Shown: one piece after another, positions 36,968-48,881 of the stretch
Position numbering within the stretch: position 1 is the first letter of the stretch
Layout of the letters: every line of letters starts with the position of its first letter
Source of the DNA: Curvularia clavata
Taxonomy: Eukaryota
DNA length: 64,000 nt
Direction of reading: 5' to 3'
NCBI GenBank assembly: GCA_023920165.1
Contig: CP089274.1
Coordinates: 434,001 to 498,000, forward strand
Position numbers and translations under genes: made by a program
Notes under the pieces: model-generated
Told to the model about the DNA's origin: nothing
The model's database searches: none
What the model saw: the letters and a program-made list of their open reading frames with translations, nothing else

Positions 36968-37956
36968 GATGAATCTGTAATGTCCTTAACAATTCCTACG
37001 TTTGCGGTTGGTAACACTGGAATTTCTCAAGTTGAACACCTAAGGGGAAGCGAAGATCAAGTAAGAACTTGTTCATGTTCGACGTCGATATGGTTGACTG
37101 CACTCCACGGTTAAGCATTCCCGCGGGGAAGATGCCGAGGTGCAGCTGCGGAGAGATGAGCTACGCGCACCCTGCGCGTCGGTACAGTGACAGGGATGTC
37201 TTACTTCATAAATAGTTACCCACATACTTACACGGCCCTAAAACAGTCATCAACCGTTGAATTATAGACAATTTAAGAAGTCTCAAACAGCACACTATAT
37301 GTAAGGCAGATTAAAATTGAATGCATATAGAAAAGGATGCCTCTTCATAATACAACGCGTACGAACAATCATCTTGGCCAACTGACCAACCAGCTTTAAC
37401 ATCAATGCATCATACAGGATTCCATCATTCTCACAACGATGGTCCTTTTTGCGACCGTTACAGTCTGCAAGAAACCCTTGGTATATTACCTGTGTAGTTG
37501 TGAATGACACAATTACACAAAGATAGGCCGCTTGCCGAAGGCACAGCCTGAATGAAACCGTCATCCATATTAATTGTAGAACCAAATGCGAGGATAGAAT
37601 GATGAGGAGTATCTTCCGGGTATCTGAACACGCATGTCACGTGCCATATGCATGCAGCCTACTTGATATTTCTCCAGCTTACTGGCACTTCTCCTAGGCA
37701 TCAACATGGGACGTGCACTCCGCAGACGGTTCCGTGAACAAAACATGAACTAAGTCAGAAGATACTTCAGCACAAGAGATTTATCCGTTCAGTTCATAGA
37801 CCAGTCATTCGTACTTTCTTCTCTTGGCTGCTTTCCTTGCTTAGCTCGACTACCGACAAACGTCACTCTGCACCAGCTCCAATGTCCCTCAATTCCAGCC
37901 GCACACTCGATTTAAGATAGCTTTGTCTCATAATCCTACGAGCCAAACATTCCAGT

Positions 37957-39246
37957 ATGACACCCAACCTCCCACCTCCGACAGCGACCAGCATGCCACC
38001 CACATACACCATCAATCTTTCCTCTGCGCCATTGGTACGCTACAAACTTGTCGCAAAGTCCTATTCCTCCGTCCTGCGCCAGATTGCCAACCTCTACACC
38101 GAGGCCATCTCCAATCTTGGCCTGCCAGTGTCACTGTTTCATTTCCTCGGCCGCCTCCTCTTGTATCGCCTCTACAGCCAGGAGCAAACCGAAGAGCTAC
38201 GAGGCATCAGTCAAGCCAGCCGTGTCCCAATGTACCTTCTCGTCGGGTACAACGTCTTCCTGGACCTGCTCCTTGGCTGCACAAGCGGCGGCATGCTGGT
38301 TCGAGACTCCTGGGCAGGGATAGGAGAGGGGATCGAAGAAACGACCATGATGCATTTCCGGACACTGGACTGGCCCATGCCCGTACTACGAGATGCCATT
38401 GTACAATTCGAATATATCGAGACGACTGGTGGAGACGTTATTGCGCGGACATTGGGATACGTAGGTTTCGTCGGTGTACTAACAGGCGTGAGGAAAGGCC
38501 TCAGTGTTTCGCTCAACTTTCGCCCTTACCACAACGCATCTGGCGTATCTATAGCCAACTTTTCATACTACTGGAACACGCTCATGGTGCTCTTGGGCCG
38601 ACGCCCCAGTATCTCGACCATCCTCCGCGACTTCTTACTCCCAAGCACCACCGTGCCACGCAGAGGACTAACAAGGCGCGGTCTAACCGCTCAAGAAGTC
38701 GAAGAAGCAGAGAAAGAATTAATGTCTCACAATACTCCACCACATACTCCACAAGCTATATCCAGTCTCCTACCTACCCTCCGCACACCAGCCGCATACC
38801 TCATCTTCTGCACGCCCACGGAGACAATCATATTGGAAAAAGACCTCCAGACTACAAAAGCCCTGCGCTCATCGTCCTTCCTCAGCGCCACAAACCACGA
38901 TCTAGCGCTTGAGACAGATCCCTTGGACCCTTCTTCCCATACACAAGCACAGAAAACTCGTACTCACGCATTTCTTCAAGCAAGCATGCACGACATCCTG
39001 GCCGAAAGCATCGAGCGGAAGCACTGTCTGACAGCGAAATGGGCTGCGTGGAGCCAGCGACAAGCACGGCAGGCGAAGCGTGGTCAGCCTGCTGCAACGG
39101 GTGTGACGCTGGTGACGCTGCGGCGGTGGGTAGAGACGTACCCGGTGTGCAATGAAGTAACGCATTTTGCGTGTATTATGGATCCGAGCCAGGGTGTTTT
39201 TCGGTGGGTGAGGAAGTTTGAAGTGGGTGAGATAGGGGAGGGGTAG
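37957..39246 (+). CDS. Acid ceramidase / N-acylethanolamine acid amidase-like Ntn-hydrolase
   Basis: 429-aa ORF with YTINLS, EELRGIS, nucleophile GCTSGG, HFRTLDW, GFVGVLTGVRKGLSVSLNFR, TNHD and THFACIMDP. Start may be the ATG at 37993. Confidence 0.85.
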   Translation: MTPNLPPPTATSMPPTYTINLSSAPLVRYKLVAKSYSSVLRQIANLYTEAISNLGLPVSLFHFLGRLLLYRLYSQEQTEELRGISQASRVPMYLLVGYNVFLDLLLGCTSGGMLVRDSWAGIGEGIEETTMMHFRTLDWPMPVLRDAIVQFEYIETTGGDVIARTLGYVGFVGVLTGVRKGLSVSLNFRPYHNASGVSIANFSYYWNTLMVLLGRRPSISTILRDFLLPSTTVPRRGLTRRGLTAQEVEEAEKELMSHNTPPHTPQAISSLLPTLRTPAAYLIFCTPTETIILEKDLQTTKALRSSSFLSATNHDLALETDPLDPSSHTQAQKTRTHAFLQASMHDILAESIERKHCLTAKWAAWSQRQARQAKRGQPAATGVTLVTLRRWVETYPVCNEVTHFACIMDPSQGVFRWVRKFEVGEIGEG

Positions 39247-39384
39247 AGTTCACTAGGAGGAGAGCTATGGGGAAGGGAGAGAGGGAGAAGAGCATGCCGT
39301 GATATACATCATATATTTCCCCACATATACTCATACAGCTCCAAATACATGTCATTTCCCTCAAGGTACATAAACTTCCCGTCT

Positions 39385-40278
39385 CTATGCCCTCGCCTTC
39401 CTCGCCTTGGGCTTACTAGCCTTCTTACCCGCATTCCTGAGCCTCTTCCTCTCCATATTCGCCTGAATGCGCGTACTCCTCTTCCGCCACGCCGTCCACC
39501 TATCTCCCGGCACAAACTCCTTGACCTTCACACCTGCACGCTCTGCCGCACGTCCAATCTGCCAATTAGCCTCGCGGTATGCATATCCCTTGCCGACTGT
39601 GAGACTGAGTCCCTTGTTCGCTGTCTCGCGCGGCGTCTCGCGGATACTACTTGCGCTTGCATCGCCAACCTGCAGATCCGACACGACAATTGCGTCCGCT
39701 GAGGCGGGCTTCGCGGACGATGTAGCGGGCACAGGAAGCATATTCAGTCGTCTCCGTCTCGCGGCGTTGGGCGGATACGGCAGCGTGTGGTCTTTCTCCA
39801 GCGCAACACCAATGTACTGTCTCTTTGGGTGCTTCCTTGGATCGCGGTAGTACCGTACGTAGCCCGACTCGGTAGCGAAGATGCAGTGGTCACGCCCGAA
39901 TTTGCAGTTTTCACCGGGAAACCATGATGTCCCTCGTTGGCGGAAGATGATGTTGCCCGGAATTACGTATTCGCCTTGAGACAAAAGTCAGCGTTTCCAG
40001 CTCTAGGTACTTTTGGGTCCTTGTCCTTTGAGGATTCCTCAGATAAACGCACCTCCGCTCTTCTTGGCTCCCAATCGCTTTCCCGGTCCGTCTTTTGCTC
40101 CGTTGGCTCGTCCCTGGGCCTGATGTGCTGAATGTCTTACGAAAGAAAGAACTGGGGTGGGTGCTGTAGAGCCATTGGCTGTGCGAAGGGTATCGAGAAC
40201 ACGGGTAGAGGGTGCAATGAATGCCGCAGATGTCGCTATCGATGCGCGGACGGGCGCGAATATCCGTGGGAGCAGCAT
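39385..40278 (-). CDS. MRP7: Mitochondrial large ribosomal subunit protein bL27m, 2 exons
   Basis: Mitochondrial presequence-like N-terminus, then [30 protein letters not shown]...GRDH (L27 signature). Intron 39975-40052. Confidence 0.92.
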
Positions 40279-40604
40279 GGCCGCTCTGTTGCTGGAGAGG
40301 CGGGCATCTGAGTTGCATTGGACTTTTCGACATGTCCGCTTGGCCCGTGCACTTCAACTCCGCACATCTCGCCGCATTGCTATCTCACATTACGATCGTC
40401 TTTCTGACTTGCAGTAAAACAACAAAACACAATGTTCTCGATTATTTCATGTCCATGATAGCTTACATATCTTATCCTTTAATTGTAAAATGGGCAGACT
40501 CATGACGGAAATCTAGTATGCTAGCACCCCGAACACCTTGCGCAGAATGCCAACCCATAGAACAGACACGTCTAGCAACAAGACCCGCTACCCAGAGCAT
40601 TCGC

Positions 40605-42972
40605 CTACTGCACTTGGTTGACAATCTCTTGTGCCTTGGACAGGCTTTCCACCATCTGCTGGCAGTCCTTCCTCCTCTTGACTGTGTACTCAGACTCCTT
40701 CAGCAGCTCATCCAGCTCGTCCGTCTTGTACATGTTGGTGAGAAGCTCGCCTTGCATGTTCTCCTTGGTCCACTGTACGAGGTTCAACATGATTGCCTTT
40801 GGCACCATGTCAATCATTGTCCGGCGGACGATATTGAAGTAAGATGTGATCAACAGCTCTGCAGAATAATTAGCATGATGACTTGCACCGGTTCATTTAT
40901 CATTACTTACTAATGACCTCGACTTCCTGAGACTCCTTCTCAGAAAGAGTTCCAGATGCCTTCAGGGTAGGTGGTGGGGGCTCCATAGCAGCCATCTTCT
41001 TCTTGTTCTTACTAGCGAAGAATGAGCCGAAGAAACCACCCTCACTAGAATCCAGCGTGGGCGAAATCGACCGCGGGGGCACGCTAGGTGGCAGTGGCTT
41101 TCCAGTCTTGGGATCCACCTGCTGGGGCTTGTTGCTGTTGTGTCGCTCGTGTACAATAGCCATGGCACGCGAACCATTGATAAAGTCTGGGTGACCGGTG
41201 TTGATGTAGACCGACTCCATGGCAACGAGATCCTTAACAAGCTTGTTGGTTGGCTCCATTGCCTTCTTGAAGAATGAAACAACAACCTGATGCAACTTCT
41301 CCTTAAGAGCAGGGTACCTTCGGAAGGAGTTCTTGCTGAGCAGTTGGCCCAGGATGCGAATCAACTCATCGTAGACGAGGCTGACACACTTCAAGCTAGG
41401 GTCTTCTAGACGCTTAATCTGTTGCTTGACAATGAGCTCAAAAGCAGTGGTTCCGACAAACAGTGCTGGAGATGAACCAGAGGAGTTGTACAAGACTGTT
41501 CGAATGTCCATGTCCTTGACTTGGTCAAAGGGGTCGACAGCCTTCACGCCATTGGCGTACAGCTCGTGGTAGACGAACGAGATACGGGCACCACCAGAAA
41601 GCTCAACAGCAGAAAGCTCCTGGTTGTTTCCTTCAAGCACACCACGGTATTCATTGGTGAACTCTGTGATCATGTTGAGCACGATGTTGGAGCTGTTGCC
41701 TAGCATGGAGTTGCCAAGTGACGAAAGCTCGGCCTGGTACTTTTGTAGCGAAGAGGAGATACGGGCTTTGATATCGGGAAGGGTTTGCTTGATGTGCATC
41801 ATGAGAATCTACGTCTGTTAGCATACCACCATCGTTTGCGTGAAATAGCAGAAGCCTACCAAATTCAGTTTGCGGGCCAGGTAAGGTGTACCGCAGTAAG
41901 CTGCCTTGTTGCGGTATGCCTTGTGGTTCTCGAAGAATTGCCTTTCATGCTCGAGCGCATAGGAAATCGCCTTCTTATTCTCGATATCCCTCTGGCCTCG
42001 GTTCACCACAGGAACGTAACCCAACCGCAGAGGGATAATGCGTCCAGCGAGAATGTCCACTACGTCGGTTCCCTCGTCCATCAAATCGACCTTTGTCAAC
42101 ACACCAATCGTCCGTTGTCCCTCTGGATCGACTTCTCGCGCGAGCTTCAGACCATCCGAGTTGGCCAAATCAGTGTTGGCCGCGGTGACAGCCAGAATAA
42201 TGGCATTGGGCTTGCTAATCTGCTTGAGAACCATCTCACGGATCTGTCGCTCGATATCCCTAGGCTGGTCACCGACAGGCACCTTGGTCAGACCTGGCAA
42301 GTCGACCAAGGTGAGTGTGAGGACGTTTGGCGAGTATATCCTCAGGTTGATAGGTGCTGGCGAGATGCCTGCATTGCGACCAGTCTTTGACTCCGTCTCT
42401 CTTACAATCTCGTCTCTTATCTTGCCAAAGTCGTGGAATTTTTGGCCAGGGATATGCAAGAACTCGCCCCACTCGTCGACATTGTTCTCCTGCTCTGTAG
42501 TCTTCGCTCCCTCACCGGTGCCGTTTGCTTGCGAGCTCGATGCGCGATTGATGAGTTGGAGAATGAGCGGCCTTCGGGTGACGATACCGGTTCCTCGAGG
42601 CAAACTAGCGGGCTATCGTTAGTACCCCCCATCCCCTAAACCATGTTGTAAACCACAAGCACTCACAAGTCTCGGCCGACAATGTTCTCAAGTACTGAAC
42701 TCTTTCCACTAGACTGGGATCCTACGACAGCAATCTGGGGGAGGTCTATGGGGTTTTGGACCTGGCTCAGGCATCAGTATACGTGTTGGGACACCGCTAC
42801 GAGTGCCTAGACTTGGGGGCGACGTACTCCGACAGTTGTGAACACATCCTGAAGCTTGTTCACAAGGGTAATCAGCCCTGGGTCATTTACATTGATTCTG
42901 CAGAAGTGTTAGTTCTCGGTGCGGCGAGGGGTTGCCCAAGGCATGTGCCTACGCATTCGGATTTGTCGCCAT
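40605..42972 (-). CDS. VPS1: Dynamin-related GTPase Vps1, 6 exons
   Basis: Introns 42898-42952, 42762-42827, 42605-42666, 41809-41859 and 40859-40910. Motifs [59 protein letters not shown]; Vps1-type GFFGSFF insert. Confidence 0.93.
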
Positions 42973-43658
42973 GGTTGGCGGTAAAGGTGGAATTCGCAGG
43001 AGTCTCTAGGATGCGCCTTAATCGGGGTATATGGGTATCGGTGCTGTTATGTAGAGCGTGTGCGCCTGTTTGTACAAGGCGAAGGTGTTTGGGATCTGGG
43101 GATGTTGCTTGTGGGTTGCGTAGCTGTCGCAGATGGTAACGCTTCAAGTGCCCGAGCTTGGGTTCCGCCAAAGACGCCACACGACTCAGCCACAAGACGC
43201 GGCCTGCAACCCAAAAAACTTGAATTCAATCAGTCTGCAAGCGTGGTCAACCGAAGGCAGAAGGATGCGCAGTGTTTTCAGGTTCTGGAAATCAAACTAT
43301 TACTCTCGCCTTCGCCAGCCACTCGAGGCACTGTTTCAGTTCTCTGTTCAGGAACTGCATGGGAGAATTAGTATCTTTTGCGACACACGTCATTGGGCTA
43401 TCATATGACCAAGGACGGATACACTCGACCGCCTTCATGACAACACACACACATGAAGCTTGCTATGTCTATCTCTTGCCCACGTGGCAAAGACATTCTT
43501 TTTACAAGCATGTGATTCGCAGCGCGCCACAGGACGCGAAATAGCGTCGTCAGCGGATCAGGCAGCCGCCATAACCAAGTGGGATGCAGTGCACATTCTG
43601 TATTTGTATAGAGACACTAGAGACACGCTATGAAAATACCACCTCTATCCAAATGCGT

Positions 43659-46000
43659 CTACTCGTCGACAACTGATGCAAACTTCTCCGTCATCTTCTG
43701 GAGTAGTTGTTCATACTGCGATCTAGTTAGCAAATGTCTCTACGACAAAAAACAATAGGTGGACTTGCCTTCTTGGTGACAGCCTCCTCGCCATCGCTAG
43801 GCAGCTCAAACTTCATTGAGCGGAGCTGCGACTGGATGTCTGAAGTTGCGTCTCGGATCTTGGGCCATGAGTGTCCTTGGGACACTGCCTTCTGTGCCTC
43901 ATCATGGAAAGCCATCATGTTCTTCATCATCCACTCAGTCTTCCACAGCGGACAGAACTGGTCGTAGTCTGAGTATCCGTTTTGCTGTAAGAAGTCCTCC
44001 TTGAGCAAGGTCGCCACATCGAGCGTGATCTTGTCGCTGTCGCCCAACGCCGACTTACCCACAAGCTGCACAACCTGGTCGAGATCGTCGGATGTTGTCA
44101 GAAGCTCCTTGATACGATCGCGCAGCCGGGGGAACTCGGGGTTGTTCTTCGCATAGAACTTGTCCAGAGGTGTCGTATACTTGCTGTAACTGATCGATGT
44201 GTTGACTGACGGGAAGTGCTTTCGCTGGGCCAGCTTCTTGTCCAAACCCCAGAAGACTTGCACAATGTTGAGCGTACTCGTGGTGACAGGGTCAGAGAAA
44301 TCGCCTCCAGGGGGACTGACGGCACCGACAATCGACACACTTCCGTATCGCTCGGGGCTGCCCAGAGCCTCGACACGTCCGGCACGCTCGTAGAAAGACG
44401 CAAGCTTCGCACCCAGATAGGCAGGGAAACCTTGGTCAGCAGGCATTTCTCCCAAACGTCCAGAAATTTCACGAAGCGCCTCTGCCCATCGAGACGAAGA
44501 ATCAGCCATCATGGCAACATTCTTACCCTGGTCGCGAAAATACTCGGCAACGGTAACTTGATCATGCTGTTAGCGAATTGAATTTTGAATTTCAAAGTGA
44601 CTGGTTTTACGTACTACCAGTGTAAATCGAGGCCTCACGAGCAGCGACAGGCATGTTCGAAGTATTTGCGATAAGGGTAGTGCGCTTCATGATAGGCTCT
44701 TCCTTACCGTCGACGTTGATGGTAAGCTGAAAATAGTCAGTATTACGCTCATGACGTAGAATGGATATAGTTAGGGTCGCAATACCTCTGGGAAATCCAT
44801 CAATACTTCAGCCATCTCGTTTCCTCGCTCACCACTATAAAAGACGAAGTTAGGGTACGTTTCACATGCTCGAGGAAAATTGAAGACTTACCATCCAACG
44901 TAAACAATAATGTCACTGTTGGAGAACTTGGACAGAGATTGAGAAATGACCGTCTTGCCGCATCCGAAAGCACCAGGAATGCACACGGTACCACCCTGGA
45001 CACTAGGGAACAAGGAGTCGAGTACACGCTGACCGACAATAAGTGGCTGGTCCGAGGACATCTTCTCGTTGGAAGGACGGGGCACTCGGACGGGCCACCT
45101 GTGCATCATGCTGTACTCGGTCTTGGTGCCGTTGAAGTCGAGCTCGAGGATCTTCTCGTCGACAGTGTAGCTACCCTTCTCGGCAATTCGAGTGATAGTA
45201 CCCTTCGCGCGTGGAGGCAGAAGAATCTTGTGTTCGCTGAGCAGACTGTTCTCGAAGACGGTACCAAAGACATCACCACCGGTGATGTGGTCGCCAACCT
45301 TGAGGGAACCAGGTGTGAAGTCCCACTTCTTCTTGCGGTCGAGGGCGGGCAGATCGATACCGCGGGGAATGTAGATGCTCTCCGCATCGTCGGCGATACC
45401 CTTGAGGGGACGCTGGATACCGTCGTAGATGGTTTCCATAAGACCAGGACCGAGCTCGACCGACAGCGGCTGTCCAGTGCGGTAGACGGGGTCACCAACA
45501 GTCACACCAGCTGCGCAGCATTAGCCAAGTCCTCATCCCAACCACGAAATGTCGGCGGGGTGCGTACCAGTCTCCTCGTAGACTTGGATAGTGGCCTTGT
45601 CATTTTCGATTCGAATGACCTCACCGACGAGGTTCTCATAGCCGACACGGACCTGCAACAGTCAACAGAAACTCCATTGATGTGGCGCGTCGCACATACA
45701 AGCTCGTACATGGCGCATCCGATCATGTTCTCAGCAATGATAACGGGACTGGGCGGGTCAGTATGCGGTTTGGGCGCTACCAGGTTCAGACGTACCCAGA
45801 GATGGAGAAGATGGCGCCTGTATGGGGTCAGCACATTCCTCATCGCAAATCCTGCGCATTTGTGTTATTATCCATTGCTTACCATGCTCCTCGCCGCCTT
45901 CCGACTTCTGGTCCTTCTTCTGTCCTTTCTGCGCCGCCCAGTTAGCTTAGCTGCTTGCGCAAGATGCCCGACAACCTCAGGCGATGCTTACTGGAGGCAT
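43659..46000 (-). CDS. VMA1: V-type ATPase catalytic subunit A, 10 exons, no intein
   Basis: Introns 45929-45991, 45818-45882, 45749-45795, 45653-45699, 45511-45567, 44835-44891, 44727-44785, 44557-44614 and 43716-43768 (GC-AG). P-loop [33 protein letters not shown] and [14 protein letters not shown]. Confidence 0.96.
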
Positions 46001-46053
46001 CTTGGCTATCTTTGTATCTTCTTCGCTATCGCTAGCTTCCTGTAGGGTGATAT

Positions 46054-46077
46054 GTGGTGGTGGTGGTGGTGGTGGTG
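46054..46077. repeat. (GTG)8 microsatellite, just upstream of the VMA1 start codon
   Basis: Read directly as gtggtggtggtggtggtggtggtg. Confidence 0.85.
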
Positions 46078-46641
46078 CGTGGGCCGTAGTAGCAAGCTCT
46101 CGTTGCGGTGATATCAGCGGGCTCACAGGCAGCGGCACGCGGTGAGGCTCGACGTCGTCCTGATGGGTGGCGATGTGAGCTCCGGATATCGAGAGCTGGT
46201 CAATGTTCTTCTTCTGCACAAGGTCGTACAAAGATGGCCGAGGACGCAAGCGAGGACGCAGACCGAGTTGCATTCAATCGATGTTGGTTGCAGGACGGGT
46301 GGAGGTTGAGCTTGGACGACACGCTAACGCTTGGTGGGGACATTCCTTGTCATCTGCCACCAACTTCGCCTCGCAATGCTGGGGAAGTGCAAAGATGCGG
46401 GAGAGTAATACATGTCATAGTTTTGTTCTGTTCAGCTATGTAGTCTATCGACTCTGAAGCTCTGGGACTATCACGATGCAGAGTTGGCTTCGTTGATCTG
46501 GTGCATCTACGTCATCGGCGAAGCTCTGTTCCGAGCTGCGTCGGCAATATGCAGCTGGTAGCTACATACGCATGTTGCATACCTCTCACAGCCCCTCGGC
46601 AGTGTTTCTTTTCTTCTTCGACTCTCTTGCAGCATACTGTT

Positions 46642-47906
46642 TTATCGGGAATATCTGTCTGTATCGACTGAAGTGTCGTTCCGCTCTCCACGCTCTCTAT
46701 CCTTTGCAGCCTCCGCCATGCTAGCCCTCATCAAGTGTACGCCTGTCAAAGCCCTGAAAGCCCTCCTGTCTTCTGCCACAGAAAGTGGCTGTTCAGAAAT
46801 GACATAGGGAAGAAAGCGTGTAAGCAAGGGCTTCATCACGATTAACGATGCACAGATGTTGACCTCAATGGATGAGAATATTGTGTACGTGCCGGATTCT
46901 GTAGGCGTTCAGACTCTTATTAGGTTCAGGAGGTCTCGAGAAACTTACTCATAACCTCACCACGGCGCACCGTGTGCTGGACCAAAACAAGTCGCAGAAG
47001 TGTTACGACGCAAACTCTGTGTTAGATGTCAGTACACAGGCACATTCATATGTTTATGATACCCGCAGCACACCCAACCCAAAAACAAGCAGTAACACAA
47101 GCTTCTGTCATCTGAGCAGCCTCAGAAGGCTAATGACCGGAAGGGGCAGTATCCAGATTGCGACATCGATTGCGATGCCAATAATGCTCGCTGACCAAAA
47201 GTGCCCCTCTTTGTTCATGCAAGTGCCCTTTATCGTGGTGTCCCAATGGCTTTGGACTAATTTACAGAGAACATTGCCAAATACACCCAGCCGTTGGCCC
47301 CGACTACCAGAACCAGGAGAATATAGCAGCTCCGTACAATATACAGGACGTGAGAAGAGTCGCATATACTGAATAATCAGTGAAGCTTTGATAAGGTTGC
47401 TCCCGAGATGGTAGAGTACAGACTGAGCGAGCACAAGCTACATTCAATTAGTCTGTTGAATCCAAGAGATAGTCAGACATGTATACATTCAGCATAGTAG
47501 GGAGCAACGCGGGGTATGTCTCATTCTCTATGTGATCTGCAACATCAATGCTGACCCCTATACTGTGATTAGCTAACTTTTCGAATTTCAATGGCCTTTG
47601 GTGATGCTTACCTCCCCCAACGGTTGCCATGAAACCTATAGAGCAGATCTGCAGCGGTTAGACGTTCTCATTGACGCAGCCAAACACACTGACCATAGCA
47701 GCTGTTATAAAGTAGTCTTCCAAAACGACCCTAGTCGGATTGAAAAAGAGTCGGCTGCACCACTGTAGACCGACAATATGACAAGCTGAATTTTTTGAAA
47801 GTGTACTGTGAGACGTCACACGTAGGTACACCCTTGCGATGCAATGCAATTCATGGCCGTTCCAGAGCGGCGTACTCGAAAAGCATACTGCAGTCGTGGT
47901 TGGCAT
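46642..47906 (-). pseudogene. Degenerate PTH11-like (rhodopsin-domain) membrane protein gene
   Basis: Recognisable fragments LEDYFITAAM, IKASLIIQYMRLF, IDVAIWILPLPVI, LRLLR*QKLVLLLVFGLG (in-frame TGA at 47108-47110) and IEVNICASLIVMKPLL. The intervening segments are eroded. Confidence 0.7.
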
Positions 47907-48881
47907 GATGACGCAAGACCACCCAGATTAACGTTTTCCAGTCGCGTACCCATTGCAATTCATCAACCATGATTTGAGGTATGCAATACAGCAACAAGTA
48001 CCCATTGTATGTACCAATATGTCTTTTGAGACCAAAGGTGCTGAGATGCTAGCGTCACGCACTACAATGAAGCACAGAATATGGTTCATTGCGGGTTTAT
48101 TGCTGGTTATCTAGGAACCCGGAACACGCGACTGTAGCTGTATTCAAGCCTTCTGGGCACAGCACTTGAGGAGCATTCCATCCTCTTCATCGCACTGTTT
48201 TTGTTATTGTTGTCGTCGTCATTGTTCAAGGCCATTCTCCTAAATCCAGAACCTAACAGTGGTGATACTGGAGAATACTCTCAAACTACTGTCTCGAGTC
48301 GTGGACTGGAAATAGACGCAGGACTAGACGGCTACGCAAGAGGGGTTTTTCGGAGATTATTTCTAAGCGATATGGGACTACTCGCTCTACCCATGCATCG
48401 GTACAAGTGTTTTAGACCGCATAAAGAACAAGTTTCCCAGGGTGGCCTGTTCGTAGTCTGACAAGGAATTTTGTTCAGCAGCAAAGAGGATTGATTAGGC
48501 ATTTGTCAGGTGTCTTTGTTACTCACAGACCAGTCTCACTACGACAGCTAGTCTTTGCAAATGATTCAGCAAAACCCGAATCACAGAGCCAAAACAATCT
48601 GTGTACAGTAATTTGCAAAACCGCCCTCAAACTTTGTGCAAGAGAGGATTTGAAAAAACTCCTGTCGACCTAGGTCTCTCGCCTCCTAATCTCTACCATA
48701 TCATAGAGATCAAATATATGCTAGCCGTAACACAGCTAGTTCACGATCACAACCCGTACTTGTATGTGAAACAGGTCTAACTAGTTAGATATAAAACACG
48801 AAGCTATAACAAATTGCTAGTTCTGTGTTCACACTTGCTCTAGAGTAGTTGTTCAAGCCTATGTATCAAACCAGCATTAAC

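Noticed and set aside
37560..37860. Possible C/D-box snoRNA (ATGATGA...CTGA) in the AMACR-ceramidase intergenic region
   Set aside because: The boxes are too close together, and I could not identify a terminal stem or rRNA guide; an Infernal/snoscan search would be needed.
43659..46000. Possible VMA1 intein
   Set aside because: The spliced sequence reads YVGCGERGNEM continuously, with no intein or LAGLIDADG sequence.
44939..46045. 368-aa plus-strand ORF antisense to VMA1 (similar antisense ORFs lie over ADE6 and VPS1)
   Set aside because: Expected from strong codon bias in highly expressed genes; no recognisable protein features.
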